Source: Eledone cirrhosa | Taxonomy: Eukaryota | Direction: 5' to 3' | Length of the DNA stretch: 64,000 nt | Assembly (NCBI GenBank): GCA_964016885.1 | Contig: OZ024746.1 | Span: 58,342,001 to 58,406,000, forward strand | Shown here: positions 13,921-28,639 of the stretch, in pieces | Numbering within the stretch: position 1 is the stretch's first letter | Layout of the letters: every line of letters begins with the position of its first letter | Position numbers and translations under genes: made by a program | The notes under the pieces: generated by a model | Told to the model about the DNA's origin: nothing | The model's input: the letters and a program-made list of their open reading frames with translations, nothing else | The model's database searches: none

Positions 13921-14218
13921 CTGCTAAATTTGCTTTGAACTGATGGAAACTAAACTTTCTTTAACTAGGTACCGTATAGACGAATGGGAACAGATAGCTG
14001 GTATGTCAATATTTTTACTATGGTAAATTTGCCATGGGCTAAAGGAAACTAAATGTTCTTTAACTAGGTACAGTATGGACGAATGGAAACAGATAGCTGG
14101 TATATTAATATGTTCACCCTGCTAAATTTGCCTTGAGCTGATGGAAACTAACATTTCTTTAACTAGGTACAGTATGGAAGGATGGGAACAGATAGTTGGT
14201 ATGTTAATATTTTTACCC
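13921..14218. repeat. Three diverged tandem repeats of about 99 bp
   Basis: TTTAACTAGGTAC...AACAGATAG.TGGTAT occurs three times. Confidence 0.85.
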
Positions 14219-15854
14219 CAACATCATAGTCGACGTCACTAGAGTTGGAGTTATTATAGCAACTGAGAATCGAATACAGTTTCCTGTTGTGATTGGACGA
14301 GAGAAATTGCCTGTTGCTTTATAAAAGGCAGACATCGTGATTTCATGATTTTAAAAGCATTTTTAATGAGCAGTAAGAAATAAATTGACTGACATTATGT
14401 TGTCCAATGAGAGAAATGTAAACCCGAAATATCTCTCTGGCGAACAATCTAGTAAGAATGGGAAATATCTATGCTCATTGTGGTATAAATCAATACTTGC
14501 TATTCTATTTTTGAAATAACCATTTTGATTTCTGTTATGTGAGGCGAATAAAACTTGGTGCTTTTTAATTGTTGCACTTCGTTTTTATTTTCAGTTTTTT
14601 TCCCTTCCACGTGGTTCTTTATGCTGCTTTTTCGTAATTAATCGATTTCAAAACTATATTTTCTATCAGTTGCACGTCATTAATAAGAGATAAATAAGTA
14701 GAAATAAATTGCTAACATCAACTGGTATTTAGTGACGTATTACGTCAACGATACGTCGATGTCTGTTAAGAAAAAAAATTTAATGATTAAAGTGACATGG
14801 AGTAGTGTTGAGTTCATGAGAATATGAACAATCTTTCTGCTAAGTATAACTTGTGGTGCGAGTTCAATAGCTAATAATGAAATAACATTTCCTATTATTT
14901 AGGGTCCTACGCTCATAAATTCTTGTGGTCGTTTCCTGTACCTTTCGGGACATTCTGTCGTTCAGTATGATGCGTTCTTTTTTTTACGTTGCCTTAGAGG
15001 ATAGGATTGAAGAATATATCATTAAAACATCCAGGAAACGTCCTATAAAATGAATACTCATGTGAAACAAACTAAACATGCATAGGTTTCAGCTGTAAGA
15101 TTTAAGAGAAGTCAGTCAGTTCCATTAGTCATCCCGAACAGCTCAGGAATGAGCCTATTCTGTCAATATCAGTTCACTCCATAAGACAGCGCCAGCTCTC
15201 TTGATTCAATTTCTCTGTCAATACGAACATTAGCATTATTATCATTATTGAAATCAAATTTAGACACATCTCTTTTCCAAAACTACCTTCAGTAATTTAT
15301 ATTCAATTCCTGGGTCTTTATGCATAAATTAATCATGCTGACTTTTTTAAAGTTTGAAAGTTTGTATCTATCCGGAAATAACCAGTTAGACGTACACTTA
15401 TACTAGCAATGTATTGGAAACAGTTGTTTGCAGCTAGGCCTACTGAAACAATGAATCGCTGTCCGTAACATATACAAACATATAATGATTTACTTGTACG
15501 CGCATTAATTTTCATTCAGTGTGACTAAGAATTGATATAATATAGTTAAACAGTGTATGGAAAATTGTAATATAATACAATGTAATAAATATAATGTAAT
15601 GTAATTTAATATAGAATGATATTGTGTAATCGTTGGTCTACAGGTGCAAATATATGGGCCCATCATTAGAATTGTATCATGAGGTCTTAAGATATTTTGG
15701 GTCTTACAGCATACATCCTCCTCCAGATGACCTATACGTGGGTATCAATCGTCAGCAGGAGTCTATCCATGCAGGAGTCTCACACTTTTCTCTAGAGATA
15801 TACATTAGAATATTTTTATTAGGCTTCCACATTGGTTTTGATAGTTCTTTTCCT

Positions 15855-15929
<75 letters not shown>

Positions 15930-17009
15930 GCAACCGGGAAAAACCTGTGAACCATCCACAACTCGCTGTGCTGTCATACACATCGTCTTCCACACATTCC
16001 TGCAGTCGTCCTTCACTAACGCCTAGTCCTTTGCATTATACCTTTATTGATATAATACAAGAATTATGTCATATAATCAATACAACATAAAATATACAAA
16101 CTACACACACATACACACACACATACATACACACATATACATACATGCATACATACATACATATCTATTATGCCTAAACGCTTTCTTATTGTTACCGCCA
16201 ATTAACTATATATATATAGAGAGAGAATGGAAAACGAAAAATCACTGATGCATCGTAACTCAATTTATTGTGTTTCACAATTGTTTCCCCGGCGAACAGC
16301 TCGAGGTGAGATTCGTGTGTGGATCTACCTGATTCAAGATGCGCAGGTTCCTCGGACACGTCTATTGATTTCGGAACATATCCTCTTTCTGGGGTTTCTG
16401 ACCCTAGGGTCTATATCGGCCACCTTCATCCTCTTGGCGCGTCCTTGGGTTAGTCACTGGTTAGTGACGTCATCAGTGTTCTGACCACTGGTAGCAGCCA
16501 GCTGACCGTCAGAGCGTGAGCTGTCACTCACCCACTGACCCGTCGGCAAAATTACTGCTGTTTGTCAGCCCACACTCCCACACGCACACACACACACACA
16601 GGGATACTGACAGATACGTACAGAGTAGCTTGTGCGCTTACGTTCACACATGCACGCCCAGAAGCATACACACATATACATGTGTACACACACACAAAAA
16701 TAGTCACACAAATATACGCATACAGGCACACAGAGAGGCACACACACACGCGTGTATATACGCAGACACACACACATACACGCACCCGTATATATACATG
16801 TGCACACACACACACGTACGCATTCTTACATATACATACACATACACGCACATATATATATACATACATACACATACATACACACATATGCACATCTACA
16901 CATATATATGCATATATATACACACATACACATACATATATATACACAGTTACCCACACGCCCACACACACGTATACACACATATATATACACATGTATA
17001 CATATACAT

Positions 17010-17049
<40 letters not shown>

Positions 17050-17077
17050 ACATATACATACATACACACACATATAT

Positions 17078-17109
<32 letters not shown>

Positions 17110-17133
17110 GTGAGTGTATATATATATATATAT

Positions 17134-17871
17134 AACGAAGGAGTTGTGGAAAGGAACCAGATGGACCATAACGCACCAGAGTAGTCAATATTTAGGGTAG
17201 TAGAGTGGGTAATAGGAGAAAGTATGACCCCGACGGCAGAACTTAAGCCGTTTCGACCGCTATTTCTGGACTAATGTAAGAGGTTTTTTTAGTCTGGTAA
17301 ATAAATAGCCGAACTTTTCAAGGGGTACTTCCTTATATGGGAAGATTGTAGTTGTCAAGATGATCGGTCAAAATTTGTAACAGACACAGAAAAGTCTATA
17401 ATGGCAGTGGGCGTGGAGTGGGGATGGCTGAACTTACCAATCTTACATTCTGATACATCTTTTTCTCATTTTTTATTATATTCTCTTTTATTATATTTTT
17501 TCATTGTCCCCTAATCGCATTTGATTTACTATTTCTATAACGTCCCTCCTCCGCCTTCTAAAGAAACCTTTTTTCGCCTACCTCCACTGGCCTACTTTCA
17601 TACACATTCCTTAGATTTTGCCGGACAGATTTCACCTTCTACGCTTGGCCGGCTCTACCCACTTCCCTATCGTTCTACAGGCAAGTTCAGCCGTCCCCAC
17701 CTCGCAACCAGTGCCATGTTAGACGTTTCTGTGTCTGCTACAAATTTTGACCAATCCTCTTGACAACTACAATCTTCCCATATAAGGAAGTACCCCTTGA
17801 AAAGTTCGGCTATTTATTTACAAGACTAAAAATACTCTTACTTTAGTCCAGAAAAAGCCGGGGCCATACTT

Positions 17872-17878
<7 letters not shown>
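17134..17878. mobile_element. Longer member of the ACGAAGG family with an inverted terminal segment
   Basis: About 17215-17390 is mirrored by about 17730-17878; TA flanks; a related copy lies at about 62020-62468. Confidence 0.8.
17227..17326 (-). ncRNA. HHR, U3-A8 variant with a stem II domain of about 65 nt
   Basis: ACCCC-TTGAAAA-G..GCTATTT...AAATAGC..C-GAAA-CGGC-ttaagttct-GCCG-TC-GGGGT. Confidence 0.65.
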
Positions 17879-17929
<51 letters not shown>

Positions 17930-19048
17930 AAGTATGTATATATATATATACTCATACATACCATTATATATATTTTTTCCCCTACACATGTGCATACACA
18001 CACACACGGACTCGCACATATATTCTTACACATCTACAAACACATCTACACACACATAAAAATAATGAAAAAAAATACATGTATGAAAAGATTATAAAGA
18101 TACACCTTGGGCCCTACATGCAAAAATGCCCCTTGGTGAACGTGCTGACAGAGTTGATACTATGTTGCCAACGTGGGTTAATCCACGTATAGACACCTCA
18201 AGTAAGGATACATATGGGGAGTTCATGGTATTAATGTAAAGGGTATGCCCAGACCGTATATAGAAAGTGCATGCAGGATATATAAAAAAATGTATTCAGA
18301 ATATATAAAAAATATACATACATCTGAATTATATAACAAAAGTATACAACTATACACATTGGTTTGTACATGGAAAAATACATGGGGTGTTACATAATTG
18401 AGTGCGTGGAGAGTATGCACATACCACTGAAAAGATACACATGCAGAGAGTGCGTGAACAGGCCATAATGGAGCATGTCACTGTGGTTGAGATAGTGTGC
18501 CTTATCGATGTATGGTAAGTTACTGAATATCCCCGTAGGTTGAGCCACCGTGAACCGGCTCATGCGATGGCGTTGCCTAGGTTGACGTGCCGAGTCCGAT
18601 AGGTAGCATAGGTTGCATAGACTTACCCGACAGGACATACATATATATATATATATATATATGTGTGTGTATATATAGAGATATGTAATAAACAACATAA
18701 GATAATTATTTCATTTACCAGTGGTTTCTTGAAAGCAAACAAAATTTGCTTTCAGTCATCAGAATGAAAAAATCCTGGTGTATTTATTGACAGTGGATTT
18801 TAAAAACAAAAATATAATCTATATGAAAGTGACGCTGGAAAAGGAAGAAGGAAAGGAAAAAAAAGAAACCACTGGTAAATGAAATAATTATCTTATATTG
18901 TTTATTACATAATTAATAAGCTCTGTAACCTATATAGAGCACTCTTTTTTCCTCGACCTACCAAACGGAATTATTTCATTCACATATATATATATATAAT
19001 TATATAATATAATATTATATTATATATATATATATATATACATAATAT

Positions 19049-19231
19049 AATGGTTTCTACTTTTGACACAAGGCCAGCAATTACCCAGTACATTACTGGT
19101 ACTTTATTATATCGACCCCGTAAGGATGAAAGGCAAAGTTGACCTCGGCGGGATTTGAACTCAGAATGGAAAGGGCCGTTACTCTATGCGTCAAAGCATA
19201 ACGGCTGACCCTCTACCGATACTGCCAATTC
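19049..19231 (-). mobile_element. SINE, same family as 25956-26144
   Basis: High similarity to 25956-26144. Confidence 0.85.
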
Positions 19232-19250
19232 ATATACATAATATAATATA

Positions 19251-19281
<31 letters not shown>

Positions 19282-19832
19282 CATATTATATTACTTTATA
19301 TTATATCATATATATATATATATTTATATATACTTATATATACTTATATATGTATCTCTGTGTTTGTATATATATATCTGTGTGTGCGTTTGTGTGTGAG
19401 TGTGTGTGTGTGTGTGTATACATACACACACACACAGGTAGTAGTTAATATTTCTTGATTAATTAGGAAGGCTCATTTCGTATTTATAAATCTTCTCGCG
19501 CGCACACAGTCACCTTGGTGTATATATATGTATATTTATATATTTCAATTTATTATCTGTGACATGTGTGTTAGTTATGTATTTAATTTATCCTAAACAT
19601 TTCTAAAGGGATATTGCTTTCAATGGATATGATCTAATATACACCATTCATACTACATCATATCTATGACACACATATACACACACCTATATATATTATA
19701 TATATATATGTGTATATATATATATGTAATTATATATAGATATATACACACATATATATATATATAATATATATATATAGGTGTGTGTATATATATATGT
19801 AATTATATATATATATATGTAATTATAGATAT

Positions 19833-19945
<113 letters not shown>

Positions 19946-20215
19946 CATAAATATATATAGATATATATATATACATATATATGTGTGTATATATATACAC
20001 ACACACATACGTATATGATTATATATATATATATTTATATATATAATTCTATGTTCGGATATTAAAAAAAAATGTCGATACCATTCACAGAGCAAGTTGT
20101 TTGTTGTAAAAGGAAATTAGATTTCTGCAGACAACAATACACCTGTCAGATGCCTATTTGTTTTTATGTGTTATCTTTTATTGTTTTTTTCTTTATATCT
20201 CTAATATATATATAT

Positions 20216-20325
<110 letters not shown>

Positions 20326-20397
20326 GATGCAAATATTCTATATAAGAATGAATGAAATGATTAAATAGTAAATACACTACGCCAACTTTTTATACTT

Positions 20398-20523
20398 TTC
20401 TTCTTCTTCTTCTTCTTCTTCTTCTTCTTCTTCTTCTTCTTCTTCTTCTTCTTCTTCTTCTTCTTCTTCTTCTTCTTCTTCTTCTTCTCCTTCTTCTTCT
20501 TCTTCTCCTCCTCCTCCTCCTTC
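20398..20523. repeat. (TTC)n/(TCC)n microsatellite
   Basis: Directly visible. Confidence 0.97.
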
Positions 20524-20689
20524 TGTTTTATTTTTTTTCATACATGCCATGTTCTCTAAAGGGAGATTCGGATTAAATTTGGACTATATATTCTAAATCA
20601 ACAAGTACACAATATATGCAGATACAAAAATGTTACTGAAAATGATAGATAAAAACTACATATGCATGTAAGTATGTATATTTGCCTAC

Positions 20690-20740
<51 letters not shown>

Positions 20741-22831
20741 GGGGGGGGGGGTCTGTGTATGCGCGCCTGCGTGTGTGTATATAGGGGGCGGTTTCTGTGT
20801 GTATATGTGTGTGTGTATATATGTATAATGTAATATTAAACGGCATGCAGTTTTAATTGTAATATTATTAAAGTAAACATTACTTTTTTTTCTAATTTAG
20901 TTTCCAAAAGTTTTCAGATTTTAAAATGTCGAGTAAATATAAACCTACACTTAATCGTAGGCTCATCCGTGCAGAAGAAAAATGGTTTGATTGAAAAGAG
21001 TTGATTTACATTCGATTCTTATTAGGAGCAGTTATGAGAGAGTTTGGTGAACACTTCATCATCAAGAAGGGAATATGATGTTTTTATTATCTCTCAACAC
21101 ATTTCATCAAACAAAGCTATACAGTATTATTCAAAACTTTTTACAACTGAAGTTACCTGGCTTGGTTAATTTATTCGGATCTTGACTGGAAGATCAAGAG
21201 TTAGAATCTCGGACTGGGTTGAAATTCGAGTTCTTCAGAAAGATAATTTATTTCACCTTGTTCTTGTCTACATTTGTATGGGAGACTCAGTTATTTGCAT
21301 GATTATATTGTTCTGTCGTTCAAAAAATTGAAATATTCGTCCTCAGAACCGACGAAGCCGAACATAAACGCACATACTCACACACCCATACCCACACACA
21401 CAACAACAACAATAACAACGACAACAACAATAACAACGCACATGCGGGCACTTTAACAAGAAACAAAATATATTCTTATATTTTCAATTTTCATTCATAA
21501 AACGTCGATAATGCTAAAGTTTATCTAATCATACCAATACTTTCTGCAAATTGCAAATATTGGCAGAAAGCACAACTGTTTTTCAGGGAAAGGAGACAAG
21601 ATTTGAACTCAGAATGCACACAGAAAAACAGCTTCCACGAAACATCCTATTCGACTCACTAATAATTCCGTAAAAAAGAAACCTCTTGATGTAGATATTT
21701 TTATCGAACCTTAGGCAATTTTGGAAGACAAATTTGACGTTGCTGGAATTTAAACTCGGAAATGGGACAACAATGAATCTCCTCCGACGGTTCAACAAAT
21801 ATTCCGAAACACCGTCCTGGGATTGCAACTTTAATGATGCGAGGCAGAATTGACATAACGGTAATTTGAATTCAGAAAGCATAAAGCTGTAACAGTCACC
21901 ACAAAGTATATCATTTGGTTCTTTAACAATTTTTCCAATCTGCCATAGCTGAAATAATACTTTATTTATCGATCCTCGAAAATGTTCATAGGCAAAGTTG
22001 ACATAAGCGAGAATTGTAGTAACTTATGGCGTAGAGAACTGGAACAAATACCAAGGCATTTAATCCAACGCACTAACGACCATGCCAATTTGCTGCCTTT
22101 GGGAAAAGCCGAATATAAATTTAGTGTATGCATGCAGTGAGTCAGGTTTATGGGCTTCAGGCTATATTGTTTCATTTTAACAAGAAGAGTCGTTCTGTCA
22201 ACGAACGTGAGATTGGCAGGAATGTATTACTTTTTTTTTTCATTCTATACACATTACGTTTCCATAGAAACATTTGCTTTCTCATCTGACATGCAAGACA
22301 TATTGACCTTAACTACACTGGGATGTTTTTACAAACAGCCATGTCAGAGTAAAAAGCAAGAAATGAGTATTGCACTGTTCTCCAGCTACTATCATTGCAT
22401 TTGTCAAACGAAATGGAAGACTTCGAAGGCTTAAATATATTTAGTTATCGCAAACAGAATTCTTGTAACGAATAAATATATAACATGTAAACGTTAATAG
22501 TATTATATTGGGAGTATTCTAACCATGTTTAACAGGAGAATAATCAGATATATGCCACGCAATAAAGGAGATTATATCACAAGCAAAATAATATGTGTGT
22601 GTGAGCATGCGTGTGTGTAAATGGGTGTATGTATATATATATATATATATATATCACACATATATATAGAGAGAGTGGGAGAGAGTGAGAGAGACAGATG
22701 TCATCACATGTGTATAAGTAGCGAAAATTCGAAGAAAATATTCGCTATTGATAAATATTTTCATCACTATCGAGTCCTTGATTCAGTTCATGTTTAGTAT
22801 ACTTAATTACACGCACAAGATCTAAGAAGCG

Positions 22832-22938
<107 letters not shown>

Positions 22939-23131
22939 TCGGTGTGTGTGTGTGTGTGTGTGTGCGTGTGCGTGCGTGCGTGTGTGTGTATTTTTGAGGG
23001 AGCGTGCATCGATGTACATGTAGGTATACTCATGTGGCGTGTGCGAGCATATATTTGTCTATAAGTGTGGTCGTGCTTATGTATGTATATATACATGCAT
23101 ATCTATCTATGTATATATACATGCATATCTT

Positions 23132-23227
<96 letters not shown>

Positions 23228-23416
23228 TGTGTATATATATAGAAAGAGAGAGAGAAAGAAAGACATATGTCACCACATGTATATACGTTGTCAAAATTCG
23301 AGAAACAATGTTTGCAATTGTAAATATTTTCATTAGTTTTGGCGCCTTGATTCAGTTCGTTTCGTGTATGTACACAAGCTCATGTAACAAGCGATATATA
23401 CATATACACACACACT

Positions 23417-23491
<75 letters not shown>

Positions 23492-23540
23492 TAATATATA
23501 TATATATTTATATATAATATATATATTATATATATACAAA

Positions 23541-23585
<45 letters not shown>

Positions 23586-23596
23586 ATAGATATATG

Positions 23597-23630
<34 letters not shown>

Positions 23631-23683
23631 TGTATATATATGTATATATATATATGTATATATATATATGTATATATATATAC

Positions 23684-23757
<74 letters not shown>

Positions 23758-24218
23758 ATATATATATACTATATATATATATATATATACATATAATTGT
23801 GTGTGTGTGTGTATTCATATTCACATTAGCTTGTTGGGAGTCTGCGGTGATATTTTAATAACCAGGAAGTACTTCTATTACAGATTGGTAACAAACTGTT
23901 TTGACAAGCAACATCACACATGTTAAATATCTATACCAAGGGAATAATATAGAAACACACAGACAAATAAATAAGAACATAACTGCTATTGTATAAGGAT
24001 GCACCATGAATACTGTGAATACACCGGACGCCTCTGGTAAATGGCGACATTTTAACGTACACATTCAATTCATACTGAATACATGTGTGATTCCGTGTGT
24101 ATATATATATATATATATTAACGTGTCTGTGCGTATGTGTGTATGTTTGTGTGTGTGTACGTGTGCGTGTTTGTACTTCTGTATATATATGTGTGTGTGT
24201 ATGCGTACTTACATATAC

Positions 24219-24313
<95 letters not shown>

Positions 24314-24679
24314 CAGAGGGAGAGAGAGAATGAGATAGAGAGGGAGGGAGTAAGAGAGAGAGAAAGATAGAGAGGGAGGGAATAAGAGAAAGAGAAAGAC
24401 AGAGAGAGATATGCATACAATTATATATACGTATATAGATACTTATATGTATGAGCGTGTGTGGTTGCATGTCGTTGATTGTAGGTGTATATGTGTTAAA
24501 ACTGTTAAATGCACTCAATGTAGACACCATTCATTAAATTAATCAATTATCTCGTGACATAACAACCAAAATATTATGTAAACAATACCTCTAATGGTAC
24601 ACGTCTATGGAAGCAATCAGATTTTTCTACTATTTCATACTACTTCATGCTGTTCGTAGCCGACGTGGTATGGCGAGAT

Positions 24680-25200
24680 TGGCCCTGGACCAATTCTCCA
24701 ATGCTAAACACGAAGACTGCCTTGTCTGTGCTAAGGCACGTGTTCTTATACACGAGGGATCGAAAGACGTTGAATGGGCTCGAGTAGCAGAGACGCGGTG
24801 TGACAACAAATCTAAAATCAGGTCTTTGTCGGAATATGTTCGATACATATTACCCGATCCCAAGCAGATTATTGCGGACTTTCAGCAGCACTTTGCTAAC
24901 ATTTTCGGGAGCATTTACGGGCTGGATCGAGGGATAGACTTCCCTATATATACGACGGCTTGTTGCAGCTCTTGAGCTCTTGGCCAATGGAGGTGGGGTG
25001 TTGTGAAAAGTTAAAACAGCTGCTAAATTACGGGAAACTAGGACTAGCTGCAAAAGTCATGCCTTCTGGAGTGTTAAAAAAACGGAGCAGGACAATGTTT
25101 TTAAAACCAGTGTTGTTGGAAGCTCTTAGTGATAGTATCTACTGCTCCAAAGACAAAGGGGAGGACCTTGATTTCATGACATTTCCAAAACCTTTTCAAT
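24680..25200 (+). pseudogene. Possible L1/Tx1-like ORF2 remnant
   Basis: The translation resembles the EN-RT linker (..ARVLIHEGSK..KIRSL..DPKQIIADFQQHFANIF); weak. Confidence 0.35.
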
Positions 25201-25955
25201 TCCCACTTTAAATCCTGGTAGCCGTTAATTTTATCGTTCTTCTTTTCCTGTGTCAAAGGGGTAAGCTACAATTATAATCAAGCAATATAGTTTTACTTTG
25301 TCGAAACCCACAAGGTTACGCCTGTTGCGTTCTAATTCCGCTAAAGTCTACTCCCTCAAAGTCCTATGGTTGTTCGTATTTCATAGGTGAGAAAAGATAA
25401 AACAGCAGAATGTCTGGCTGGAAGTCGGACAACATTTTCCTAGGTATCAGAGTTTATATACCACTGTATATAACTTTAAATTTCCATTGGTCTATATATT
25501 GTAATATACAAACAATATTGGCCAATATTACTGACTTATTCTTCGCTTCAAACTTTTAGGCAATAAACATATTTTAAAGATAGATATCTAATTCGAACAA
25601 AATTAATGAATGCAAGAATCTTCAAAATAGCGGATCGATGTTGCTACTTTATTCAACAATACCTGCTCAGGTTTCATATTCTCTGAAATCTAACGTTGCC
25701 AGACGTATGCATATGGGTTGAGCCATCTGTGTTGCATCTCGGATTGAGCGAAACTTTGCAAAAGAAATGACGTAGACAGGTGTTTGGAGCAAGAGCAAAT
25801 ATACTCTACTTGTAATACAAAGGCTAAGTTATTAATTTTGTCACGCTGAATCTAATTAAGAATCTAACATATAATAAAGGGGAGAGGTGCGGGAGAGCGT
25901 AGGTTTTATAATTGTTTATCCCGTTAGTAAAATAATTTCGATTACTTTGAATAAA

Positions 25956-26144
25956 TAATAATTTCTACTTTAGGCACATGGCCAGCAATTACTCAGTGCA
26001 TTACTGGTACTTTATTTTATCGACCCCGTAAGGATGAAAGGCAAATTTAACCTTGGCGAGATTTGAACTCAGAATGGCAAGGGCCGTATTTATGCGTCAA
26101 AGCATGGCGTCCGACCCTCTACCGATACTGCCAATCCACCGCCC
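25956..26144 (-). mobile_element. tRNA-derived SINE (octopus-type) with a 14-bp target-site duplication
   Basis: B-box-like GAGTTCAAATC; body TTTGCCTTTCATCCTTACGGGGTCGATAAAATAAAGTACCAG; TTTGAATAAATAAT at 25946 and 26148. Confidence 0.85.
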
Positions 26145-27121
26145 TAATTTGAATAAATAATGAAGGAATATTATGTAATTTATCTACTAACTTTCGTAGC
26201 AATTGATTAAACATAAATATTCTTATATATAAATTATTGCTTATTTTAAGATTCACTTCTTTAAAATGTTCAAATGTCAACTCTTTCGGTTAGTATCCGT
26301 TATATTATAACGCTTGTTAAGTGGCTTATATAAACCTTCATATATTTGCATAGTTATATAAGGTTTATATTTAGGTCACTAATGTTCTACCTTTTCGTTT
26401 TCCTAACATTTTAATTTATTATATATGCAGTTTATATATAATATCGTTTTTTCTTAATGTATGATGAATTATTTCACTGATTACAGAAGAGAGTATAACA
26501 CAGACTTCGTTCAATTTCTGTGTATATTGTCAATTACGATTTCATTTAACGTATCATATCTACAGGCATATATATTTGCGTATAATATCAATATGCACAC
26601 AACACATGCTAACAGAAAACCACCCGAAGAGTGGTTTTTCTGCTAGTTACGTTAAAAGTACGTGTTTGTGGAATACTTAGTCACTGGCTCATTAATTTCA
26701 TAACTATGGTGTTTCTTCATCTCACAACTAGAACACCCAACTTCAAAACCGTTGGAAGTCCATTACACCATATACCAGCGTCATCTTTTCACTTTGCCAT
26801 TCACTGAAATTACTAATTACTTTCCCAAACGTTATCAATCTGCGCCATCATCAAAGATAGAAGTCTCGCCAAGGTCAACTTTACATTTCATCCTTTTGAG
26901 GTCGACAAAAATGTACTGGTGTCGATTCTTCCTCTATATTTATTTCTCTGTTCCGCCCTCCCCGGAGAAAATATGCTGTATTAAGACATGTAGAAGAGAT
27001 GGGCTTCGCTAGTCTTTAAAGAAATTGACAAAGGAACACCGTGTCAATATGGCGCGTCTACGTCTCCAGCAGGAGTTACCAGACTATATATATACAAAGG
27101 AGAGAAGAAGATAGGGAGAGA

Positions 27122-27186
<65 letters not shown>

Positions 27187-27719
27187 CAGGTATAAATATG
27201 ATACACATGAGAGCATCAAAATAAAAAAGAAAGATTTAGAGATCCTAATCGAAATTCCAGTTCATAGATCTATCTAACTGCAATTGCTCATTTAATGCTA
27301 TAACTTCAGTATGCAACGATAACCATGAGATTTCCCTATGCACACGAGATATAACGAAGAATAAGAAATATAATACGTAAAAGAACCCAACAGATCGATA
27401 TTTAAGTGATGTTGGTCTTTCAATAACAATAGTTTCAAATAGGAACTGAAACCTGCAGCAAATATTATGTTTGATTTTTCGTAAACAACTTTATAAAATA
27501 ATGCACTTTTTTCAACCCGGCGAGATCGTTTGAAGTAGAATCGAAGAATATTGGATATAATTTTTTTTTTTTCACTGAGAACTGAATAGGGTAGAGAAAA
27601 AAATTGAATTTTCAAAAATACCAAGGATGAAAAATGTAGTACGGATGTTAAAATGTTATTTACATTCAATTTGTGTTGTTTCTTTTTGATTGAATATATT
27701 CCTATGGTTTGGTGTATAC

Positions 27720-27752
<33 letters not shown>

Positions 27753-28639
27753 TATATATATATATATACATATATATGTGCATATATATGTATATATATA
27801 TATGTGTGTGTGTGTGTATTGTGCATGTGTTTGTGTGTCTGCGTGTGTGTATATGTATAACCCTTTATAGTGCTTGCTGTACATATATAGAGTGCGTAAT
27901 AACATAGCAATGGTGGAAGAACTTTTGATACATTTAGAGTTTAGCTCTAAATCATCCTGTTACATGGCTAACAAGCAGTTGCAGACCAATATCTGCAACA
28001 TTCAGCTGTGAGCAGTGATCTAGCAGAAGTTAATGTCTGATCTACTAGAACATTTGTATAAACTCCCATAATGGTGCCGATGTAAGTTCTGTCGGTTAAA
28101 CTTCGGTGCACACCAAACATTCATTCCATTGATTTCAAAGGTTGGTGACACACTTGCTCTTCAGGTCGCTGGTAAATATATATGGGACACAGGTAGGCAC
28201 GTTATAGGAGCTGTGTAGTTGATAGGCAATGATTTGTGAGAGAGGAAATGGGCAATATTCGTAAAACTGTAAACTTTAGTTATTTAATGAAGACTTTAAT
28301 GAAATAAATAAAAAGATACTAAAATATAGTTTGCAAAGTATAATTGTTTTTTATCAGTTGTACAGTATGTGATGTGCGTTTTTGAAAACAGTGTTTCGAA
28401 AAGTCTAGGGTAGTGACATGCAACACTGTCGGCTTCCAGCTGTCAGGTTTCCATGTCCCACTGAATCAGAGTAACACACATACACACATGTGTGTGTGGA
28501 TATATGTGTGTCTGTATTTGTATGTGTGCGTCTGCCTGAGTGAAATCATGTATGTAACAAGAACATTTTTAAGCAATACATATTTGCCACTGTGAAGTCA
28601 AACTGCTCGGAGGATATGGTGTTAGGCTAAAGTCTATAA

